From: a virus
Lineage: Duplodnaviria > Caudoviricetes
Reading direction: 5' to 3' (one strand)
DNA: 24,402 nt
Virus record (IMG/VR): IMGVR_UViG_3300020369_000016
Span: 1-24,402 of that record
The position numbers and the translations under genes were made by a program. Below are positions 16,433 through 24,402 of this stretch, piece by piece (position 1 is the first letter of the stretch; each line of letters starts with the position of its first letter). Under the pieces are notes generated by a model, which saw nothing but the letters and a program-made list of their open reading frames with translations, had not been told where the DNA came from and did no database searches.

Positions 16433-16498
16433 GGTGGTTGCTCCTTTGTGGGGTGGCCCCGGCATGCGCGCCGGGGGTGTGTTGTTGTGACCCAAGGG

Positions 16499-17014
16499 TT
16501 ACAGGCCGAGGGCGGCGCGCTGATCGGCGAGGATGTCTTGCCCGTTGACGTTCTCGATCATGTTGAGAATGTCGATCTCGATTACCACCTCGTTGTCTAC
16601 CGTCAGCTTGTAGTAGCTGCAGGTTGTGGTGATGCTGTGCTCGGTATCGCCACCGGGCTCGGCATCGCCGAAGTCGATCTCTTCGTGCCGGCCGCGCATG
16701 ACCACCTCAACCGCGCTGACTTCGCCGGTGTCATCGCGCTGCACCGCACCGGTAAAACGCAGGGCTACGGCGTTGACGTTGGTTGCGCCCCACTGGCGCA
16801 GCACGAGCAGATCCCAGCCGCCGAGGGTCCATTCGACCTGGATGCCATCGTCGGACAGGCCCATGTCGGCCTTGACTGGGCCGTTCATGCCGCCGCCGCG
16901 GTAGGACTCCATTTTGCGGGAGAGGGTGGGCAGGGTGACGGACTTGGCGACGCCCTGGTAGCTGTTGGCATCGTTGAAGATGTTGAAGTTCTTGAGTTTG
17001 CGCGGCAGGGCCAT
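16499..17014 (-). CDS. FII: Major tail tube protein
   Basis: MALPRKLKNFN...YRGGGMNG. Confidence 0.95.
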   Translation of the reverse strand: MALPRKLKNFNIFNDANSYQGVAKSVTLPTLSRKMESYRGGGMNGPVKADMGLSDDGIQVEWTLGGWDLLVLRQWGATNVNAVALRFTGAVQRDDTGEVSAVEVVMRGRHEEIDFGDAEPGGDTEHSITTTCSYYKLTVDNEVVIEIDILNMIENVNGQDILADQRAALGL

Positions 17015-17061
17015 AGGGGCGCTCTCCAGTAGTTAGCCCCGGCATGGCCAGGGCTGGATGA

Positions 17062-18234
17062 TCAGGCGTTGATGCGGCTGGCGAAGTCCGCCAGGTAGCT
17101 GTCGGTAATGCGCTGCTGCAAGGTGAGATCCTCAAGCGGCGGCACGGGCGTGTAGTCGTAGTCGATCAGCAGCTGGCCGTTTTTGAGCGTTGCGGCGCTG
17201 TTGGCGGCTGGGTCGTACCAGGCGCTGGCATCGATCAGGTACCCGAGGCCCTTGAGCTCGCGGAACTTGGCGTTGATGCCCTCAAGAATGTCGCGCGGCA
17301 GGCTGGGGTTCATGGGCTTGTCGACGGCCCAGAGGTGCGCCTCGGCGATGCTGTCGGCCAGTACCTGGGCTGTGCGCACGGCAGACTCGAAGGCGAACAG
17401 CGGGTCATCGCTGCAAGTGCGGGAGCCCCAGAAGCGGAAGCCATCAGCGCGCACCAGGGTGGTGATGTCGTTCTCGTTGAGGTAGCCGGCGTCGGTAGCG
17501 GGGTTTTGCAGATCCCAGTACACCGGTTTGCTGATGCCGGTAACACCGTTGACGCCGACGTTGGAGAGCGTCTTGTGCCAACCGGTTTGCTGATCGATCT
17601 TGGCGCGCAGGCCAAGGGCTACGGCCACCGCGGGAATGGTTACCTCGGCGTTGGCGTCGGTATCCCAGCCGGTGAAGTCGGGCCAGATGAGCATGAGCTC
17701 GCGGGCGCTGAAATTCTCGCGGTAGGTGACGGCCTCTTCTTTGGTTTCACAGCCAGAGCAGCTGGCATAGGCCATGGCGCGCAGCTGCTGGGCGATGCTC
17801 GCCAGCTCGGTGGCCACGGGCAGGGTATCCAGCCCCGGTGCGCCGATGATGCGCGGCGTGACGCCCAGTTGGCTCTTGGCTGCCAGCAGCGCTTTGAGGC
17901 CGGTGTATTCGCCGCCGGCGGTGACGGTGCCGATCACGTTGCTGTTGGTTTCTGCCTCGTCTGCGCCTTCGGCTACGCGCACCACAACGGTGATGGGGCT
18001 GGCGTTGGCGGCAATGGCCTTGAGCGCGATGGCCAGGGTGCCTTCGGTACCGGCGCTGCCGATCGCGCTGAGCACGTCTGTGAGCAGCACGGGTTTGTTG
18101 AGCGGGAAGAGGGTGGCGTCGGCATCGTCGGCAGTGCAGACCAGGCCGAGCACAGCGGTGCTGATGGTGCGGATGGGACGGACGCCCTCGTTGATCTCGA
18201 CGACGCGCACGCCGTGGTGATAAGCGGCTGGCAT
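17062..18234 (-). CDS. FI: Tail sheath protein
   Basis: YHHGVRVVEINEG...GFRFWGSRT...DYDYTPVPPLE. Confidence 0.96.
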   Translation of the reverse strand: MPAAYHHGVRVVEINEGVRPIRTISTAVLGLVCTADDADATLFPLNKPVLLTDVLSAIGSAGTEGTLAIALKAIAANASPITVVVRVAEGADEAETNSNVIGTVTAGGEYTGLKALLAAKSQLGVTPRIIGAPGLDTLPVATELASIAQQLRAMAYASCSGCETKEEAVTYRENFSARELMLIWPDFTGWDTDANAEVTIPAVAVALGLRAKIDQQTGWHKTLSNVGVNGVTGISKPVYWDLQNPATDAGYLNENDITTLVRADGFRFWGSRTCSDDPLFAFESAVRTAQVLADSIAEAHLWAVDKPMNPSLPRDILEGINAKFRELKGLGYLIDASAWYDPAANSAATLKNGQLLIDYDYTPVPPLEDLTLQQRITDSYLADFASRINA

Positions 18235-18270
18235 GGGTGGCTCCTGCAGTACGTTGACCTGTGAGCCTTG

Positions 18271-18330
18271 AGGGTGACGCGCGGGCGAGGGGTGAGCCAG
18301 TTGGCAGCGGTGGTGCGGGGGGCGTTACAC
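18271..18330 (-). promoter_or_regulatory. Putative Ogr-dependent late promoter of the F operon
   Basis: CGCCCCCCG (18324-18316), 39 nt, CACCCT (18276-18271); same layout upstream of V. Confidence 0.6.
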
Positions 18331-18337
18331 GGCGGGC

Positions 18338-18359
18338 GAAGAACCCCGCCGAAACGGGG
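18338..18359 (-). terminator. Putative terminator of the V-to-tail-fibre operon
   Basis: CCCCG-TTTCGG-CGGGG followed by TTCTT; weak U-tract. Confidence 0.55.
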
Positions 18360-18392
18360 GCGCTTACTTCGACCTAAGCCTGATCGATGCTA

Positions 18393-18629
18393 TCAGGCTT
18401 TGATGATGTAGGGCAGTGCCTCGGCGGTGCGGTCGGGCAGCAGCGGATCTGCACCGGATACGCCAAAGGGGTTGCCCTGGGCAATCAGCATGGCGCGCAG
18501 GTTGTCGGCGGTGCCGGCTGCCAGGGGGGAGCCGTCGCACAGCAGCCAGCCCGCTGGCGGTGTGGCGCTGACGGCATAGACCACTTCAACGCCGGGCATG
18601 TGCTCCCACATTTCCAAAACCTTGCTCAT
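18393..18629 (-). CDS. Stand-alone tail-collar-domain protein (78 aa)
   Basis: PGVEVVYAVSATPPAGWLLCDGS...LLPD...LPYIIKA. Confidence 0.8.
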   Translation of the reverse strand: MSKVLEMWEHMPGVEVVYAVSATPPAGWLLCDGSPLAAGTADNLRAMLIAQGNPFGVSGADPLLPDRTAEALPYIIKA

Positions 18630-18913
18630 TGTTGTTGCTCCTCGATCAGGGCTTGCACGTCTGGGTTATCCGCAAGGAAGGCGGCCAGCTTGGCGGCGGG
18701 GCTGGGTTGCTCTGGTTGGCGCGGGCGGTTGACCAATGCCCAGGCGGCGCCCGTCCAGCGGGGCCACTTGTCTTCTGGCCAGTCGTCCGGCGGTGGGGTT
18801 TCCACTGCGCCGGCGGGCATCAGGTAGACACCGGGTTCCAGCGGGGAGGCGTCGGCCTCAATGGGGCCCAGATAGTGGCCGGCGCGGTCGGTTTGGTAAA
18901 CGGTTTTGCTCAT
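18626..18913 (-). CDS. Tail fibre assembly-like protein (95 aa)
   Basis: VYQTDRAGHYLG...ADASPLEPGVYLMPAGAVETPPP...W; directly follows the fibre gene. Confidence 0.8.
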   Translation of the reverse strand: MSKTVYQTDRAGHYLGPIEADASPLEPGVYLMPAGAVETPPPDDWPEDKWPRWTGAAWALVNRPRQPEQPSPAAKLAAFLADNPDVQALIEEQQQ

Positions 18914-18922
18914 GGGGTGGCC

Positions 18923-20287
18923 TCAATACTTGATGCAAGCGAGCAGCGCGACGTTGCGTGGTCGGGTGTCTGGCTGGTTTGCGAACCGGATATCGACGTC
19001 ATAGGCGGAAATTCGATCACCAGTGTTAATCCATTCAGAGGGGAAGCCGGTTTGCGGAACCGTGACGGTGCGATCTTCTGGCACCCCAACCAGTGAGTAT
19101 CTTGATTCGACGGTGGCCAGCCCGCCTGACTGCCCCTGCACGCTGCCGAACACGCGGCCCACGTCTTGCCCACGCCCATCATCGAAACCGCGCACAAACT
19201 CGCCGCGCAGATCCGGCAGCTTGAATGTGTTGAAGCCATCGCCAGCGCCAAAGGTGGTGCCGATGGCTGAAAACAGGCGGGCATACGCGGTGCGGCTGAC
19301 CAGCGCGCCGTTGGCTTTGAGCCAGCCCTGCGGCGGGGTAGCCATCGCAAAGTGGGCAACCTTGCCAGCGGGTGCCAGCAGGTCGGATTCTGCCTTGCTG
19401 TACACGCCCAGGTGGTTGCGCCCGGCGGCCTTGTCTGGCACGTCGGCCAGGTTCTGGTCACGCTGCAGCGGCGGGGATGCCATGTTGCTGGGTTCGTTTT
19501 GCACCATCAGCACTTTGCTGCCTGCCGGCCAGCTTTTGCCGAGGATGATTGATGCCTCTTCGTCTGCGGGGTTCTTCTCCCATTCGGTCGCCAGCGCGCC
19601 CTGGTTGATGCGGATCCCTTCGATGTACACCGCCAGCCCGCGCGTGGTGCAGACCGCAAGGTCGATCTGGGTTTGGCCAGCGGCGAGGGTCTGGCGCTCT
19701 TCGATCATATCGACGGTGACGTTTACCGCGTCCGGATCGCTCCATTCGGTGTCGCCGTCGGCGTTGCTAACCTTCTTGAGCACCTGCCCGGTGGTGCCGC
19801 CGGGAAGCAGCTGGGCGCTGGTGAGGTTGTTCAGAATCCAGGTGCGGGTTGCAACGATCGCGGCCGGGTCAATCAGGAAGGTCACGTCTTCGGCGTTGGT
19901 GACCAGGAACTCCATGCGCAACACGGTATCGCTGAACGCGCCGTCGCCTACGCTGGGCTTTTGCGCGTCTGGCAGGTTGCACACAGCAAACATGGTGCCG
20001 TTGCTGTCGAACACAGCCAGTTCGCGCATGACAAAGCCGCCCACGTCGGCGGGGATGATCAGCTCAACAGTCCAGCGGCTTGGCTGATTGGGGTTCTGGG
20101 TGGCGCTGTTGATCACCGCGCGGTAACGCTCGCGCACCAGGCCGGTGGTGAGGTCCTCCGGATAGACGGGATTGCCGTTACCGTCGCCCACGGCCATATC
20201 AACCAGGTTGATCGGCACACCGCTGGCTTGCGCTGCGGCCATCATGGCCAAGCCGGCCGGGGTGTGTACTGTGCGGTATGCGTTCAT
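18923..20287 (-). CDS. H: Tail fibre protein, gpH-like N-terminus with C-terminal collar domain
   Basis: MAVGDGNG...GGFVMRELAVFD N-domain; PQGWLKANG...FKLPDLRGEFVRGFDDGRG...TRPRNVALLACIKY. Confidence 0.9.
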   Translation of the reverse strand: MNAYRTVHTPAGLAMMAAAQASGVPINLVDMAVGDGNGNPVYPEDLTTGLVRERYRAVINSATQNPNQPSRWTVELIIPADVGGFVMRELAVFDSNGTMFAVCNLPDAQKPSVGDGAFSDTVLRMEFLVTNAEDVTFLIDPAAIVATRTWILNNLTSAQLLPGGTTGQVLKKVSNADGDTEWSDPDAVNVTVDMIEERQTLAAGQTQIDLAVCTTRGLAVYIEGIRINQGALATEWEKNPADEEASIILGKSWPAGSKVLMVQNEPSNMASPPLQRDQNLADVPDKAAGRNHLGVYSKAESDLLAPAGKVAHFAMATPPQGWLKANGALVSRTAYARLFSAIGTTFGAGDGFNTFKLPDLRGEFVRGFDDGRGQDVGRVFGSVQGQSGGLATVESRYSLVGVPEDRTVTVPQTGFPSEWINTGDRISAYDVDIRFANQPDTRPRNVALLACIKY

Positions 20288-20300
20288 TGATGTACCTCAG

Positions 20301-21173
20301 CTACGCAGCCAGAGGCCGCGTGGTCTTGTAAGGATGGCTGGGCTGCATATTGCCGGTGAGTCCATAACGGTGATGCGCCCAGCCGAACAATCTGTCGATC
20401 TCCGCCTCACCCAATGCATCGGAGGCGACCCCGAAAAGCATGCAGCTGGTGTCTATGTTTGCAAATCCACTATCCGAATTTGCATGGCGACCGATCGCGG
20501 GAGAGGAATAGCTAGGGGTGTTACTAGTAAAGCCGGGGGTTGTAAGGATCTGTACGGCGTCAAGTCGGCCGTCTATGTAGATTTTGCCGGTGCCGCTTGT
20601 CCAGTCCATGAGGTACAGCACTACATGGAACTCGGTGTCGGAGACTCGCGACCCCGCCAGGGCAGAGAAACCATCGCCATCCAAACGCCTGACCCCAAGT
20701 ACGTACCTGTTAGCCCCATCAGGGACATCTGCCGATCCGATCTCTGCGGAGAACCTGGTGTAACCTCTGGTAGCGTGAGCGACGTTGATGCGGAAAAGGA
20801 ATCTCGACGTGGCAGAAATGTCTAATTCACGCTTACGCACAACAGAGAGCAGCCAGCCACAGCCCGCGTTGCTATACAGAGTGCGAGCGGCTTGGTCTGA
20901 GCTGAATAGCCACTGACCGGGCGACTCATCTGAAAAACTTACATATCGACGCCCGTTCAATCCGCCCTCAACGGGAGAGGGGCGTACCGAAGCGAGTGGC
21001 TGTGACCAATTTAAACCGTTGCCGCTGCGGTCATACCAAGTGATTAGCTGCCCGTTGTTGACGTCTATTGGGCTGCCATCATCCAGCCACGACTGGACTC
21101 CGCTGGAGAGCAAAGAAGGATCCCACCACAACGGCGTTGCTGTGTTTGATGCCGCAACTACGCCCCGAATCAT
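20301..21173 (-). CDS. Putative LamG/concanavalin-like lectin domain protein (290 aa), candidate receptor-binding subunit
   Basis: W.DPS...WLD...WYDRSGNG...NGRRYVSF...FHVV...KIYIDG...WAHHRYGL pattern; start trimmed to ATG 21173 (ATGA overlap). Confidence 0.65.
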   Translation of the reverse strand: MIRGVVAASNTATPLWWDPSLLSSGVQSWLDDGSPIDVNNGQLITWYDRSGNGLNWSQPLASVRPSPVEGGLNGRRYVSFSDESPGQWLFSSDQAARTLYSNAGCGWLLSVVRKRELDISATSRFLFRINVAHATRGYTRFSAEIGSADVPDGANRYVLGVRRLDGDGFSALAGSRVSDTEFHVVLYLMDWTSGTGKIYIDGRLDAVQILTTPGFTSNTPSYSSPAIGRHANSDSGFANIDTSCMLFGVASDALGEAEIDRLFGWAHHRYGLTGNMQPSHPYKTTRPLAA

Positions 21174-21691
21174 GCCGCACCCTCCAGCGAACCAAACAAC
21201 GTCCACAGATCCGCGCCCAGGCGCTTGAGGGTGACGGGGGATCCCTTCTTGCGGGTGGTCAATGTCTCTTCCGTGATGATGGTGACGGCGCTGGCGTCGA
21301 TGGTGACTTGGCCGTCGCCGATCTGCTGAATGTAAATCTCTGCGTTATCCGGCCAGGCGACGGTGGCCTGAGCCGGCAGCGTGAGTGTGACGGCTGCGGC
21401 GCTATCCACGGCCAGGTATTGGCTGGCGTCGGCCAATACCAGGGCGCGGCTGGCGTTGACAATTTGCACCGGCACCGGGGCGGGCTTTGATTCCAGCGCG
21501 GTGAGGCGCTGCAGGATCGCGGCGGTGTCGAACTCGTCGCCCACGGCGGCGCGCAGTTCGGCCATCAGCTTGGCGAAGCTGTCGACGGGGCCGCCCTCGG
21601 TTTCTGCCGTGGCGTTCTCGTCGCCATGGATGATCAGATGCGCCAGGGCGACATCCAGTGCGAATTGCTCCACGTTGTTGTACAGGCTCAT
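21170..21691 (-). CDS. Putative auxiliary fibre/adaptor protein (173 aa)
   Basis: N-terminal HGDENATAETEGGPVDSFAKL, short coiled coil, beta-rich C-domain (VTLTLPA...QIGDGQVTI...WTLFGSL). Confidence 0.7.
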   Translation of the reverse strand: MSLYNNVEQFALDVALAHLIIHGDENATAETEGGPVDSFAKLMAELRAAVGDEFDTAAILQRLTALESKPAPVPVQIVNASRALVLADASQYLAVDSAAAVTLTLPAQATVAWPDNAEIYIQQIGDGQVTIDASAVTIITEETLTTRKKGSPVTLKRLGADLWTLFGSLEGAA

Positions 21692-21695
21692 GTGC

Positions 21696-22349
21696 TCACC
21701 AGTAGCCCGGCGCGGGCATTGTTTCGTTGATCAGGGTGTGCAGCGCGTTGGCTGCGGATTCGGTCTGCTGCATGCCGTTTACGGCCCCTTCCAGCAGCAG
21801 GGCCAGATCATCCACGGCGTAACTGACGCCCACCTCATGGCCGCAACAGGTAACGGCCACGCTGCGCAGCTCGGCAGTGGTGGTGGCGCTGAGCTGCGCC
21901 AGGGTCATGTGGCTGCGCAGGTTTTTGGACTGCTCGAGCACGGCAATGAGTTGGTGCAAGTTGCCGAGCGTGACGGGGTATTGGCTGGCGTTGATCAGCA
22001 GGTGGAATGTGCCCGGCTCGCCCAGGGGGATCTGGGCGAACCACTCTTGCACCTGGACGTTGATGCCGATGCCGGCCAGACCGGCGCGCACAGCGCCAAT
22101 GGTGCCTTTGTGGCGGTGGATGGCGATTGATGCGGCGATGGATCCACGGCGCTGCTCTTCGCTCCAGGTTGTGTCCCATTCATCGACTGAGTATTCCCAC
22201 GCGAGCCACGGCAGCAACGCCTCGGGGGCGGTGAGCCCGTCGTGCAGGGTGCGGTGTGGCACTTCCAGAGCAGTGAGGCGAGCGGCGGCGCTGGCGAGCG
22301 CGCGCTCTGCGGCGGTGGCGTTGGGCGGCAGCAGCGATGCGTCAGACAT
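21696..22349 (-). CDS. I: Tail protein I (baseplate wedge) with C-terminal extension
   Basis: SLLPPNAT...LLPWLAWEYSVDEWD...HRHKGTIGAV...KNLRSH. Confidence 0.93.
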   Translation of the reverse strand: MSDASLLPPNATAAERALASAAARLTALEVPHRTLHDGLTAPEALLPWLAWEYSVDEWDTTWSEEQRRGSIAASIAIHRHKGTIGAVRAGLAGIGINVQVQEWFAQIPLGEPGTFHLLINASQYPVTLGNLHQLIAVLEQSKNLRSHMTLAQLSATTTAELRSVAVTCCGHEVGVSYAVDDLALLLEGAVNGMQQTESAANALHTLINETMPAPGYW

Positions 22350-23262
22350 CGGGCACCCCGGCCAGGGTGATGTTAATGGCGGTGCAATACGGGGCTTCGT
22401 TGTCTGCGATCTGCAGCAGGCGGCCCTCGGCGTCAGCGGCGGGGGTTGCGCCGGTGAGCTTGACGCGCTGGGCGCCGGGCTGGTGCAGGGCGGCGAGCAC
22501 GCCGGATGCGGTCACGTCGTAGCCCATGCGGTGCACGCTGTCGCAGTACGCCTGCACGGCGGCGTAGGCGGCGGACACAACCAGGCCGGCATCAGGGCCA
22601 GGGTATGGGGTGAGCTCGGCCTCGATCACATATTCCACAATGCCGGCTGACAGCACGGTGACCAGATCGGTCATGGGCCGCACTTGCTCGGCGTTGAGCG
22701 CGGCCGCTACCTCGGCGAGCAGCAGCTCGTCTGCCACGCCGTCGGCGGTGCGTGACAGCACATAGACCGTGACTTGCGTGGGCGCAGGGCTCGTGGCGCT
22801 GGCGTCTTTAACTTGGCCGCTGGCACTGAGCGCGTGATAGATGTAGCTGCCGGTAGAGCCGGCGGTGGTGAAGGCCTCAAAGCTGAGCTGGATGCGGCGG
22901 CGGAAGTCGTCGTCGGGCTCCAGGGTGGCCGGCACCGGGGGAATGGCGGTGGCGTCGCCGGGATCCACAACCAGGCGGGCGACATCGTAGCGGGCGCCGA
23001 TGTGATCCAGATCAGCATCTGCGGCAAATGCCAGCATGGTGGCGAGCGCGGATTCGTTGATGCGTTGGCGCAGGTTCAGCTCTCGATAGGCGACAACCTG
23101 GGCGATTTTGTAGGCCGGGTCGGATTCGACCAGGGCGTCGAACTCGGGGAACAGGGTCTGCAGGTCAGCCAGCACGGCGGCGAGCACGGTTTCGTAGTCC
23201 AGCTGCTCGATCACGTCTGGCGGCGGCAGGCGCGATAGGTCTACCCCGGTGAATGCGCTCAT
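22342..23262 (-). CDS. J: Baseplate assembly protein J
   Basis: DLSRLPPPDVIEQLDYE...ESDP...VRPMTDLVTV. Confidence 0.95.
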   Translation of the reverse strand: MSAFTGVDLSRLPPPDVIEQLDYETVLAAVLADLQTLFPEFDALVESDPAYKIAQVVAYRELNLRQRINESALATMLAFAADADLDHIGARYDVARLVVDPGDATAIPPVPATLEPDDDFRRRIQLSFEAFTTAGSTGSYIYHALSASGQVKDASATSPAPTQVTVYVLSRTADGVADELLLAEVAAALNAEQVRPMTDLVTVLSAGIVEYVIEAELTPYPGPDAGLVVSAAYAAVQAYCDSVHRMGYDVTASGVLAALHQPGAQRVKLTGATPAADAEGRLLQIADNEAPYCTAINITLAGVPDV

Positions 23263-23606
23263 GCAGCAGCCCCCAGTTGCAACGGCACTTGCAGGCTGAC
23301 TGCTGCGCCGGTTTCGGTGTTTTGGCCTTCCAGATCCAGCAGTGCGGATCCGGCGGCGGTGTGGGTGATGTTCAACCGGCTCAGGCGCAGGCGCGGTTCC
23401 CAGCGCATGAGTGCTGAGGTAATGGCGCTATACAGGCGCACGGTGGTGGCGTTGTTCTGCGGTGAGTCGATCAGCGAGGGCACCAGGCTGCCGTAGTCGC
23501 GGCGCATAACGCGGGTGCCGATGGGCGTGGTGATGATGTCGGCAATGGACTGGCGCAGGTGCTCCACGCCGCTGATGGCCTTGCCGGTGGTGCTCATGCC
23601 GTTCAT
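23259..23606 (-). CDS. W: Baseplate protein W (gp25-like, 115 aa)
   Basis: HLRQSIADIITTPIGTRVMRRDYGS...RWEPR; start at ATG 23606 overlapping the V stop. Confidence 0.93.
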   Translation of the reverse strand: MNGMSTTGKAISGVEHLRQSIADIITTPIGTRVMRRDYGSLVPSLIDSPQNNATTVRLYSAITSALMRWEPRLRLSRLNITHTAAGSALLDLEGQNTETGAAVSLQVPLQLGAAA

Positions 23607-24139
23607 GCGGGCGCGTCCGTTTGGCTGTTGCCGCGTTCCACGCCGGTGTGAACGTGGTGCACCAGGCTTTTGCCGCTGGCGATCACGTCTTCGCTGACGG
23701 TGACGGTGCCGGTGATGGTGACATCGCCGATGATCTGCACCCCGGCCGGGGCGTTGATGGTGGCGCTGCCACCTGCTGGCAGGGTGGCGGTCAGAGTGTG
23801 GGTTTCGCGGTTGTAGCTGATGACCGCGCCGTCGCTGAAATGGCTGCTGTGCAGGGCCGGGTTGCTGTGCGGGGCGGGGTACTGGTCTGAGTTGATGCCG
23901 ACCAGTACCAGGCCAGCGGCAATCACGCCGCTCGGGCTGAGTACCAGGCACTGTTCGCCGGCGGTTGGGTGCTCGGCGGCGCGGCGGGATCCGGCGCGGT
24001 GCACAAAGTACGGCAGCCAGTCGGTCAGCAGCTCGCCGGATTTGACGCGGCAGCGGGCCTGCGATGCGTTCACGGCGTAGATGGTGCCGGGGCGCAGCAG
24101 GTTGTCGAGACGGCGGGTTAGTTCGGCGATCGGGTTCAT
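23603..24139 (-). CDS. V: Baseplate spike protein V (178 aa)
   Basis: RRLDNLLRPGTI...TDWLP...GEQCLVLSPSG...HVHTGV (iron-binding HxH); start trimmed to ATG 24139. Confidence 0.95.
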   Translation of the reverse strand: MNPIAELTRRLDNLLRPGTIYAVNASQARCRVKSGELLTDWLPYFVHRAGSRRAAEHPTAGEQCLVLSPSGVIAAGLVLVGINSDQYPAPHSNPALHSSHFSDGAVISYNRETHTLTATLPAGGSATINAPAGVQIIGDVTITGTVTVSEDVIASGKSLVHHVHTGVERGNSQTDAPA

Positions 24140-24146
24140 GCGGGCC

Positions 24147-24206
24147 AGAATTGCCCACCCGCGCGCGCGATGCACTCCAGCGCGGGTTGATCGGGGGGCG
24201 GCTGAC
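24147..24206 (-). promoter_or_regulatory. Putative Ogr-dependent late promoter of the V operon
   Basis: CGCCCCCCG (24200-24192), 39 nt, AATTCT (24152-24147), 7 nt before the V ATG. Confidence 0.6.
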
Positions 24207-24212
24207 GCGCTG

Positions 24213-24402
24213 TTAGGTTAGATGATCGAGCAGGCGGGTGCGAATCATGTCCAGGTCATCGGCGGTGAGGCCCAGCAGCTCGCGCCGTGGGTATTCAATT
24301 TCTGGCCCGCCTTTGATGGCTGTGTCGCGCAGGCCGCGTTGGTGTACGCGGGCAATGCGGGCGGTGCGGCCGACGAACTCGACGCTGAGCCCGTCGGCGG
24401 TG
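24213..24402 (-). CDS. S: Tail completion/virion morphogenesis protein S, C-terminal part
   Basis: Not in the ORF track. Manual translation: ...VEFVGRTARIARVHQRGLRD...EYPRRELLGLTADDLDMIRTRLLDHLT*. Confidence 0.88.
   Translation of the reverse strand, partial: TADGLSVEFVGRTARIARVHQRGLRDTAIKGGPEIEYPRRELLGLTADDLDMIRTRLLDHLT

Larger units (their letters stand above)
1..24402. mobile_element. P2-like (phiCTX-type) temperate phage/prophage, internal segment from integrase to tail-completion gene S
   Basis: P2 tail synteny (S,V,W,J,I,H,FI,FII,E/E',T,U,D), Ogr zinc finger, repressor region and integrase. Neither att site nor host flank is visible. Confidence 0.97.

Noticed and set aside
18393-21691. 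Tail-fibre diversification by DGR or invertase
   Set aside because: No reverse transcriptase, invertase, TR/VR pair or inverted fibre cassette seen.
23607-24158. Long 5' extension of W in the track (299 aa), and similar extensions of antA, 6672..7232, E and V
   Set aside because: They overlap upstream genes; downstream starts have RBSs, stop/start coupling or match family length.

Overview
The window lies entirely inside a P2-like (phiCTX-type) temperate phage or prophage with GC-rich, Pseudomonas-like codon usage. The left half (minus strand) is the early operon: an RHH Cro-like gene, a YmfL/CII-like gene, an AntA/AntB antirepressor, ogr, a Zn-finger/TOPRIM/P-loop primase-helicase, several small accessory genes, a terminator, and the 5' part of a tyrosine integrase. 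In the centre (plus strand) are an XRE repressor with three palindromic operators, a zinc-ribbon membrane protein and an AT-rich two-gene moron (325-aa soluble protein plus 4-TM protein) with RexAB-like architecture. The right half (minus strand) is the contractile-tail module S-V-W-J-I-[2 extra genes]-H-tfa-collar, then FI-FII-E/E'-T-U-D. The most unusual item sits in the immunity switch: two paralogous 73-aa ORFs (8665..8886 minus, 8885..9106 plus) placed head-to-head and sharing one CATG, each with its RBS inside the other. Family assignments come from motif recognition and synteny only; no database search was run.
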